From the IMG/VR virus record IMGVR_UViG_3300028559_000023, positions 1-12,921 of that record: DNA of 12,921 nt; one strand, 5' to 3'. Of the stretch, positions 6,901-12,661 are shown piece by piece. The DNA is from a virus (lineage: Duplodnaviria; Heunggongvirae; Uroviricota; Caudoviricetes). The notes beneath the pieces are model-generated. The model saw nothing but the letters and a program-made list of their open reading frames with translations, did not search any database and was not told the origin of the DNA. Made by a program: the position numbers and the translations under genes. Position 1 is the stretch's first letter. Each line of letters begins with the position of its first letter.

Positions 6901-8616
6901 GGCGGTGACTACTCGCCTAGTAGTCTTCAGAGGCTCACGCAGTATAAAACAGCCCTAGCACTTGAACAAGATGCCTCCTCTTCGGGTGCTCAGATCATCG
7001 CGCTTACAACACGTAATAAGCAGCTTGCGGAGCTAAGCAATGTTGTCCCGACGAATCAAAAGCGGCGTTTGTACGACGAAATTGCCGCGTCTACTTTCGA
7101 TGACCCGCGTTTCAAAACGCTAAACCTTAAGTTAGGGTTATCTGAGAAAGACTTGCGTAAAGCTGCTAAAGCTCAGAATATGGTTACATTCTACGGTGCT
7201 GGCGAACGCACTGGCATTATGAATGTTGAAGGTAAGCTTGGAAAGGTACTGTCCAAGGACGCTGGCACACTGGTTGTAACGGCTACCGACAGAGATACAG
7301 TGCTTAATGAAATATCCGCGCAAGCCGCTCGCTACGAGAAGTTTGATCCAGAAACTGCTGAAGAGTTGAAGCAGTTGAGAGCTGATATCCGAGATGTCTT
7401 CAACAAGGGTATTGATCCTGGCGACGATCTCATGGAACAACTTTGGTTCCTTCAGCCTCAAACTAAGGATCTGGTTGAAAAGATGACAAGGTCTTACGAC
7501 CGAGTTGTAACGCCAGATGACTTTAAAGCCATTGCTAAAATCATGAGCGAGTATCTGTCGGTACAAGTACCGATTCTCAAAGACTTCACAAGGTACTTTG
7601 GAAGACTTGCGCAAGACTTCCTAGCAAATGCTAAACCATCAAAGTCTGCTTTCGACTGGACGGCTGTATTCAAGTTGCGTTTGAGAGGCTCTGAGGAAAT
7701 AGGTGCAAAACCTCCAAGCTGGCTGCTGAAGACTTTAGGGTTGAAGTCCGGTGACCGCGTATTCAAAAGTTTGCTATCAAGATACTCTTTCTGGAAACCT
7801 GGCGGCAATCTTGAAGAACTGATTTATGGTGTACAATCTCCTGAAACACGTAAAACAGGTGTAAAGCTTTTTAAGCTTGGTATTGTAAACCCCGCCGATA
7901 TTTCTTGGGAGAATTTGCGTAAGGGTAAACTTCTTGACGAAACTAAGCTGCTCGAGCTAGAGCTTTTGGAGGCTAACAAACTTCCTAAAAGCTGGACGCA
8001 TGTACCCTGGGTTAACTTTGACGGCAACACAATCGAACAAAACTTTACTCAGGTCTTTGAAGAAAGGCTTGTTTACAAGAATCCTGAGGGCGAGTGGGTG
8101 AACAACATCCTACAAGTCCCCCAGAAAACTACCAGTACTTGGTGGGAAGAGCTGGCGAATAAGGAAGGTAAGTTCAACGACATCGCAGACGCTACTAAAG
8201 CGCGTACTGCCTTTGCTGTTAATGGAAACCATTCTAACGATGCTGTGATTGTGAAGAAGTTTCACCAGTGGGGTAAAGCTAACAACGTTCCTACGTCGAC
8301 AATTCATGATGCCTTCTTTGCAAACGCTGCTGACATGCTTAAGGCCCGCCAGGCTCTTCGCAAAATCTATGCAGAGGTGATGTCTAAGAATGTTATCCGT
8401 ATGACTCTGGATGAGATGCTAGCAAGAGGCTTACCTAAAGACTTGTATGAAAAGTATCTCGAAGAAGCAATTGAATCAGGTCTAATACCTGTGCCAGGTA
8501 AGTCAAAAATTGGCGGTAGATTAATGACTATCGAAGACATTCTAACTACGGATGATATTCTCAAACCCGTTCCGGCGGGTTTTAAGAACAATTACGGATG
8601 GTACGGAGTTGGTTGA
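3931..8616 (+). CDS. MuF (SPP1 gp7-like head morphogenesis) domain fused to a T7-type single-subunit DNA-directed RNA polymerase, 1561 aa
   Basis: MuF motifs: WQYVSVLDSKTTPVCVFRDGK (L215-D216, C223) and PPAHFRCRS (H243, C246), then YDMWLRRQ...LG...LF...GRSISLKQL ending near aa 344. RNAP motifs: DHRGRVY (aa 864-870, nt 6520-6540); motif A EQDASSSGAQ (D1014, nt 6970); motif B RKAAKAQNMVTFYG (R1076, K1080, Y1088, G1089; nt 7156-7197); PWVNFDG (W1360); NGNHSND (H1434); motif C TIHDAF (H1459-D1460, nt 8305-8310). One uninterrupted ORF. Confidence 0.95.
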   Translation: MSNANTLAYDKVVDRAAMLRLFEQDVHNKVGFAIDSHEKAVEKLIKEGAVNTPRKLDGLLQRLEDQSISVYANLKSLTEREFVGLFKAQMSFAYQTVEASIGKIWKPKLPDKAVAQEVVLKRPLYEEMTLARGWANLSVQEKKRLEAVIRRGISQNKTLDEIALEVRRGNVLNISRNQSRALVTTAVTSVTNQADNAVYEANKQALKGWQYVSVLDSKTTPVCVFRDGKIFDVGDTAMLPPAHFRCRSRTTPVFKSWEQMAELEGVSQIRRRNFEKLTPKQIAFYDGLLPERESYDMWLRRQPRLVQFKHLGNYKAVDLFNSGGFEVERFVNPEGRSISLKQLRSISEDSYTLPGDTVRFANAKAKLDSMRLWATAPEDFFKDADLRKTLKDYYLLQAGELNGTLSLTNYRGTLPHVKRAMRNRVLSSPPREDQLKFNPITGRYEDVRLYQPNAAVLNNNLKLVKEAEELTERDKEFINSFVAELDGRMSMNEMAVIADNLRIVFTRFRKNGESWANFKAVAQSQIKFDVMNVSSAIETNIRRDSDVLKRLESMNYTDPVLGPTSLQDIHDNFISFIRDRNKWEDKTAPKISEEMRSIFDVVLLKKHPIIWNRLQERDLQGFYLRFVNRLASSDGIDRDQLAVQLGRDLYNSANYTGTRRDWYKLGLDILDAKNVNKLFKLETFGVQKRRMKSRLSGAYFGPYYDTLSMNIRVTDPRIQEYVKLQRSVELGLRVSVTDPKNRLVFRKGYKTYFIDRGLLGYEDTRIPITSTSSFSDFPEEFVEESLVDALNWASETQYRIDEDYYGFIKKLLYFEDDKGKAKYFNDLNEYRKYISARGDTYERFKAMEWLVGGNKSFSNHAFVDHRGRVYDRGLISPQSGETFRPFLNTAHERNFSADDFENLQDQVGAFIGGLSDKLEGPHNSLTIPGRQAIAKMHREELVKIGNHMIRGKPGDVRAVLESPLAQEIDGEDIGKFYRFAIELAKLDTFLGGDYSPSSLQRLTQYKTALALEQDASSSGAQIIALTTRNKQLAELSNVVPTNQKRRLYDEIAASTFDDPRFKTLNLKLGLSEKDLRKAAKAQNMVTFYGAGERTGIMNVEGKLGKVLSKDAGTLVVTATDRDTVLNEISAQAARYEKFDPETAEELKQLRADIRDVFNKGIDPGDDLMEQLWFLQPQTKDLVEKMTRSYDRVVTPDDFKAIAKIMSEYLSVQVPILKDFTRYFGRLAQDFLANAKPSKSAFDWTAVFKLRLRGSEEIGAKPPSWLLKTLGLKSGDRVFKSLLSRYSFWKPGGNLEELIYGVQSPETRKTGVKLFKLGIVNPADISWENLRKGKLLDETKLLELELLEANKLPKSWTHVPWVNFDGNTIEQNFTQVFEERLVYKNPEGEWVNNILQVPQKTTSTWWEELANKEGKFNDIADATKARTAFAVNGNHSNDAVIVKKFHQWGKANNVPTSTIHDAFFANAADMLKARQALRKIYAEVMSKNVIRMTLDEMLARGLPKDLYEKYLEEAIESGLIPVPGKSKIGGRLMTIEDILTTDDILKPVPAGFKNNYGWYGVG

Positions 8617-8710
8617 GAACCCGTTAATTTAACCCAGAACACTGGAAACCCAGGTTCTGTCAGAATCTGAGAGCTGTGCTCCCAAAAACATTGAGTTGTA
8701 CTCAAAGGAA
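8611..8710 (+). promoter_or_regulatory. Structured intergenic leader of the scaffold/capsid genes: six consecutive inverted repeats ending at the scaffold Shine-Dalgarno
   Basis: GGTT-GAG-AACC (8611-8621); GTTA-ATT-TAAC (8623-8633); CAGAAC-A-CTGG-AAAC-CCAG-GTTCTG (8635-8659); TCAG-AAT-CTGA (8660-8670); GAGC-TGT-GCTC (8671-8681); TTGAGT-TGT-ACTCAA (8691-8705); then AGGA SD at 8706-8709. The structures are seen directly; the regulatory role is inferred. Confidence 0.55.
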
Positions 8711-8715
8711 AAAAT

Positions 8716-9387
8716 ATGCCTGGAAATAGTAATGGATCTTCCGATGACTTTGATGTCGATATTGAAGGTCTGACTGATGATCAAAAAGCTGCTGTAAAAG
8801 CTCTTGCCGGTAAGTTAGTTGAAGATAGGTTGAAGCCGATTAAAGCCAATCTCGACAAAGCTTATGGGGAGCGCGATGAGCATGCCAAGAATCTAAAGAA
8901 GCTCAAAGACGAAGCTGCTGCAAGAGAGGCTGAAAGGCTTCAAGCTGAAGGAAAAGAGTTGGAGGCTGCCAATCTGCGACTACAAGCCGCAGAGGAAGCT
9001 CGTAGTGCCGCAGAGCAGCAAGCTCAAGTGGCCGCTCAGAGGTTGATGCTTGTCGAACGCGACGGGAATGTCACCGCTGAACTTGCTAACTTCGATTTTC
9101 GTGATGCCAAAGCTTTGAGCATGGCCAAGAAATCTGTGATCGACTTGCTTGTCAAGGACGATGCAGGCACTTGGAAAAGCGCTGACGGTAAGAGTATCAA
9201 AGATGTCGTTAAAGCCTTCTGTGAAGAGCACGACTTCCTGCTCAAACCTAAAAATTCGTCTGGCTCCGGTAATACCGGTGGCTCAGGTCGTAGTTCAAAC
9301 AATGACAAACCTGCTTCAGCTTTACCTCAAGCGGAACTTCTCGCAGGTATCGCTAGTGGGCAGATTCGTCGAAATAGAAATAGGTAA
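8716..9387 (+). CDS. Capsid assembly scaffolding protein, 223 aa
   Basis: Lies immediately upstream of the capsid gene. Acidic N-terminus, long Ala/Glu/Lys/Gln coiled coil (LKKLKDEAAAREAERLQAEGKELEAANLRLQAAEE), FLLKPKNSSGSG Gly/Ser linker and short C-terminal helix, the usual scaffold architecture. SD AAGGA. Confidence 0.85.
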   Translation: MPGNSNGSSDDFDVDIEGLTDDQKAAVKALAGKLVEDRLKPIKANLDKAYGERDEHAKNLKKLKDEAAAREAERLQAEGKELEAANLRLQAAEEARSAAEQQAQVAAQRLMLVERDGNVTAELANFDFRDAKALSMAKKSVIDLLVKDDAGTWKSADGKSIKDVVKAFCEEHDFLLKPKNSSGSGNTGGSGRSSNNDKPASALPQAELLAGIASGQIRRNRNR

Positions 9388-9390
9388 GTT

Positions 9391-10581
9391 ATGCCCGCAA
9401 AACTCAATCTCGCTGGTGCCGATAATTTCGTGCTCCAGGAAGCAATTGGAACGTACGCCGATGAGGCCTACACCAATGCACGCAAGCTGACGAGCACAGG
9501 TATTGTTGCTCCGTCGAACCCTGACATCGACACCAACACTGAAACCTTCATCGGTCAGATGCGCTGGTTCAAGCCGATGAACCCCACCATCAACGTTGCT
9601 TCGCTGACTGATCCGACTGCTGGTACTCCCTCTACCTACAGCTCGGACTTTGCTCGTTACATCAAGACTGTCCGTACTTATGGCGGCACGAAGGTTAACC
9701 TGCAAAAGGTTGTTACCCAAGTCGACGGTCTGGCAAAGATCGGTCGTGATTTTGCTGAGCATCGTGCTCAAGACGAACATGACGCGCTGCTGGCAATCCT
9801 TCGCGGTGTGGCTATTTCTGAGGCTATCTATGGCGCTGCCGCTGGTTCTGGCACTGCCGGTTTGGGTGGTCAGACCTTTGTCAACGATCCGACTAGTCGT
9901 CAATTCGGCTTCTACGTGGATCTTGGCGCTAGCAAGGCTGTTGTTGATGCTACCACCACCGTTCAAGGTGCTGCTCGTGCAGAAGGCTTCCTCCGCGCCT
10001 TTGGCATGGCTTACAAGGACTACGAGCCTGAGTATGCTTACTTGGTGACCTCGCCTGAAATGATGGCTTCGTTCCGGTCTGCCAATCTGGTCGACCAAGA
10101 CAAAGTCACTGATGGCAATGTCGACTTCAACACGATCTTCCAGGGTAAGTTCCGTCTGATTCAGACTCGCGCCACTCAAAGCCTCAGCACTGCTGAGCTT
10201 ACCAAGATCAACACCGGCGCTGGTGTGGACATTGTTGGAACTAAGCTCTCGTTCATTGTGCTTCCTGGTGCTGTTGCCATGGAACCGCTGATGATCGATG
10301 AGGACGTGGAAATCGACCGTAATGCTGGCGCCTACAAGGGCGGCGGTACCACCACCATCTGGAATCGTTGGGGTTATGTCGGCCATCCGGCTGGTTATGA
10401 CTGGGCTGGCGTTGATGCTGCTTTCCCGAGCAATGCCGACTACCAAGCGGTCATTGAAGGCGCTACTCAAAGAGCCCTTACCGCTGTCGTCAGCGGTACC
10501 TTGGCCTCTACCACAGGTGTGTGGCTGCGTAAAGCTAGTTCTGCGCTGAGCCTGGGTATCCTCCCGGTCTTCCACAGCTAA
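9391..10581 (+). CDS. Major capsid protein (HK97 fold, scaffold-dependent type), 396 aa
   Basis: Follows the scaffold gene; size fits; strong high-expression codon bias. Segments FIGQMRWFKPM, YIKTVRTYG, DGLAKIGRDFAE.RAQDEHDALLAILRG, EIDRNAGAYKGGGTTTIWNRWGYVGHPAGYDW resemble P22-coat-like siphophage capsid proteins. Confidence 0.9.
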   Translation: MPAKLNLAGADNFVLQEAIGTYADEAYTNARKLTSTGIVAPSNPDIDTNTETFIGQMRWFKPMNPTINVASLTDPTAGTPSTYSSDFARYIKTVRTYGGTKVNLQKVVTQVDGLAKIGRDFAEHRAQDEHDALLAILRGVAISEAIYGAAAGSGTAGLGGQTFVNDPTSRQFGFYVDLGASKAVVDATTTVQGAARAEGFLRAFGMAYKDYEPEYAYLVTSPEMMASFRSANLVDQDKVTDGNVDFNTIFQGKFRLIQTRATQSLSTAELTKINTGAGVDIVGTKLSFIVLPGAVAMEPLMIDEDVEIDRNAGAYKGGGTTTIWNRWGYVGHPAGYDWAGVDAAFPSNADYQAVIEGATQRALTAVVSGTLASTTGVWLRKASSALSLGILPVFHS

Positions 10582-10595
10582 AAGTAGGTGCGAGT

Positions 10596-11066
10596 ATGGC
10601 ATTAAGTAAAGGTACTAACTCTTACGTTACAGTCGCTGAAGCTGATGCCTACTTCGCTGACAGCGTACACAACGCTACTTGGTCAGCCTTGAATGAGACT
10701 TCTAAAGCCCAGTTGTTGGTTTCTGCCACTCGGGTTATTGATGACATGGAGTTTCAAGGTGTTGCCGTCTCCGCTTCACAGTCTCTGGCCTTTCCGAGAG
10801 AGGGTGAATATCTGGACACAAAGCTGAACGTTGTTCGTGCTATGAATCCTACACCCTCAATCGTATTGCGAGCGACATACGAGCTAGCGTTTCATCTCTC
10901 TGCAAATTCTGACGTATTACAAAACGACGCCACATTCAGCAGGCTGACGGTCGGGCCTATCACAATTGAGAAGCCTGTCTCAGCTAGTGTGACTCCTAAA
11001 CGAGTTCTAGATATCTTGAAACCACTATCCGCGTCTAGCGGTAATATTTGGTGGAGGGCCAACTAA
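10596..11066 (+). CDS. Head-tail adaptor/connector protein (DnaT-like family), 156 aa
   Basis: NSYVTVAEADAYF...W...K...L..ATR.ID...F.G......Q.LAFPR signature, directly after the capsid gene. SD AGGTG. Confidence 0.85.
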   Translation: MALSKGTNSYVTVAEADAYFADSVHNATWSALNETSKAQLLVSATRVIDDMEFQGVAVSASQSLAFPREGEYLDTKLNVVRAMNPTPSIVLRATYELAFHLSANSDVLQNDATFSRLTVGPITIEKPVSASVTPKRVLDILKPLSASSGNIWWRAN

Positions 11067-11416
11067 TGAGTTTGTCTGCACAAGTCAATAAAGCAGTAGA
11101 AGCTGCTTTCAAGGCAGCAGGCGATCTGATAAAAGCTGGCCAGCTGTTTAGAGTAACTAATGTAAATTTCAGTTTCACGACAGGGCAGGTGGCCTCACCG
11201 CTACCGGCGTCAGTACCTGTCGATGTTCTGGACGTCACCACAAAGAAAAGAGAGACTGTTGCCAACGAAGTCATAAAAAGCTTCTTGCTACGTACAGCTC
11301 AATCGCAAACGCTAACAACTCTTGATTACATAATGATCGGCATCGAAAAATGGCAGATCAGGGATGTGCAGTTCTCTAATGGCTTTACAAGCTCCGTCAC
11401 AGTCATGAAGGGGTGA
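11066..11416 (+). CDS. Putative head-closure (stopper) / head-tail joining protein, 116 aa
   Basis: ATG 11066 overlaps the upstream stop (TAATG), with SD GGAGG at 11053-11057; preferred over GTG 11048. Beta-rich small protein in the head-closure slot. Confidence 0.65.
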   Translation: MSLSAQVNKAVEAAFKAAGDLIKAGQLFRVTNVNFSFTTGQVASPLPASVPVDVLDVTTKKRETVANEVIKSFLLRTAQSQTLTTLDYIMIGIEKWQIRDVQFSNGFTSSVTVMKG

Positions 11417-11418
11417 GT

Positions 11419-11820
11419 ATGAGCAAATTTATGACATTAGAGCTCAATGTTTACGACTTCTTCACCAAAAGTGAATGGACGTCACACAGCATAACTGCGT
11501 TTCCGGATAATTTCAAGAGTGTAGATCTTCCGGCAGAATATGTGAAGATGGATATTTTGGCATCAGGCGACAGCGTTAACCGAGTTTCAGTTTCAGGAAT
11601 TCTCAAGCTAAGTATAAACACTGAAGTCAACAAGGGTACTAGCAGGTCTACACAAATTGCAGACATTCTGACAGCGCTGCTGTCGAACAAAAGCAAAACA
11701 AGTGCAGGCTGGACTACACAGCTAAAGGGCGCAGTTTATACCCCAATAGGCTTGGACCCACAGTCTAAGTATTTCAGATCTAAGCTTGAGATTCAATTTA
11801 ATCACTTTGGAGTTTCTTGA
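11419..11820 (+). CDS. Putative tail terminator / tail completion protein, 133 aa
   Basis: ATG 11419 (alternative GTG 11413). Directly precedes the tail tube gene. Pattern FPDNF...EYVKMDIL...SVSGILKLSINTEVNKG...IADILTALL...FRSKLEIQFNHF fits the terminator fold. Confidence 0.7.
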   Translation: MSKFMTLELNVYDFFTKSEWTSHSITAFPDNFKSVDLPAEYVKMDILASGDSVNRVSVSGILKLSINTEVNKGTSRSTQIADILTALLSNKSKTSAGWTTQLKGAVYTPIGLDPQSKYFRSKLEIQFNHFGVS

Positions 11821-12410
11821 TGGCTCATATCAATTCAATCGGCGCAGGTATGTTCTCCGACCTTGCGGTCGCGACACCTTCCAGTGCGCCCACCTTCGCT
11901 ACCCTGGACACGGCGGCTGAATTCCAAGCGTTGTTTGCTACGGAAATCAACTCTGCGGGTGGTACTAAAGGTGCGAACACCTTTGTGCGTATCGGTAACG
12001 TGCGCGAATTCCCGGCGATGGGCACTCCCCCGAACGTTGTGAACGTCCCGACTTATGGTCAGGCCAGCTCACAGCAGATTCAGGGTCAGTCCGATGCTCC
12101 CACGATGGAAATCCAGATCAACCTGGTCCCCGCTGATTGGGCCAAGGAAGCTGGTAACATCCTGGGTAACATGGTCGGTGACGGTAATCAGTATGTCTTC
12201 CGCTTCACGCTGATGAACACTGAATCGACCGGCTCGGGCGCGACCAAGTTTGCATCTACCAGCACCGGTATTGGCACTGTGCAAAACTCGCAGTACTACT
12301 GGATCGGTAAGATTGACGCTCTGCAGGTCACTCCGCAGTTGACCGATGCCAACACTGGTACGGTCACCATCACCATTCAGTCGAAGTTCTACGGAGCTTT
12401 CACGATCTAA
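11820..12410 (+). CDS. Major tail tube protein, 196 aa
   Basis: ATG overlaps the upstream TGA (TGATG), SD GGAG at 11809-11812. IGNVREFPAMGTPPNVVNVPTYGQ..SQQIQGQSDAPTMEI and YYWIGKIDALQVTPQLTDANTGTVTITIQS are typical of siphophage tail tubes. Strong codon bias like the capsid gene. Confidence 0.88.
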   Translation: MAHINSIGAGMFSDLAVATPSSAPTFATLDTAAEFQALFATEINSAGGTKGANTFVRIGNVREFPAMGTPPNVVNVPTYGQASSQQIQGQSDAPTMEIQINLVPADWAKEAGNILGNMVGDGNQYVFRFTLMNTESTGSGATKFASTSTGIGTVQNSQYYWIGKIDALQVTPQLTDANTGTVTITIQSKFYGAFTI

Positions 12411-12414
12411 GAGG

Positions 12415-12432
12415 AGGGGCTTATGCCCCTTT
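12415..12432 (+). terminator. Hairpin after the tail tube gene; possible intrinsic terminator/attenuator
   Basis: AGGGGC(12415-12420)-TTAT-GCCCCT(12425-12430) then TTAAT, 4 nt after TAA at 12408-12410. Short U-tract. Confidence 0.5.
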
Positions 12433-12436
12433 AATA

Positions 12437-12649
12437 ATGGCATACTCGAATCAAAACGCACCTTTCAGCAAAGACTATGTGCTTAGCGTTACTAGGCAAC
12501 ACATGCTGCGTAGTGTTCAAATGTCTATCGACAAGACACTCGCACGGATGGCGGTCTTTAATTCAGAAAATGATTCTGTTAAGTCACTCGAAGCATTCGA
12601 GACATTGACGGAACTCCAGGGCATCAAAAATGCCATCATCAAAAAGTAA
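12437..12649 (+). CDS. Hypothetical protein (70 aa), predicted helical
   Basis: ATG 12437 to TAA 12647-12649, followed by a second stop (TAG). Fills the gap between tail tube and chaperone genes on the operon strand. Confidence 0.7.
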   Translation: MAYSNQNAPFSKDYVLSVTRQHMLRSVQMSIDKTLARMAVFNSENDSVKSLEAFETLTELQGIKNAIIKK

Positions 12650-12661
12650 TAGGTGATACAT

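Noticed and set aside
4963-8616. MuF C-terminal toxin, or DNA polymerase family A, as the identity of the fused domain
   Set aside because: DxRGRxY, DASSSGAQ, R-x3-K-x7-YG, HSND and IHDAF match single-subunit RNAPs. Pol A hallmarks (DYSQIELR, VHDE) and a 3'-5' exonuclease domain are not seen.
9216-9226. Third TGT-loop hairpin CTTC-TGT-GAAG inside the scaffold gene
   Set aside because: About one 4-bp stem around a TGT is expected by chance in this window, and the stem differs from the GAGY/RCTC pair.
9322-10602. 426-aa antisense ORF overlapping the capsid gene
   Set aside because: It is exactly in codon register with the capsid gene. Antisense stops would need TTA, CTA or TCA codons, which this highly biased gene avoids. 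The translation has no recognisable motif. A shadow ORF.
12069-12461. 130-aa antisense ORF over the tail tube gene
   Set aside because: Same in-register codon-bias shadow; no independent support.
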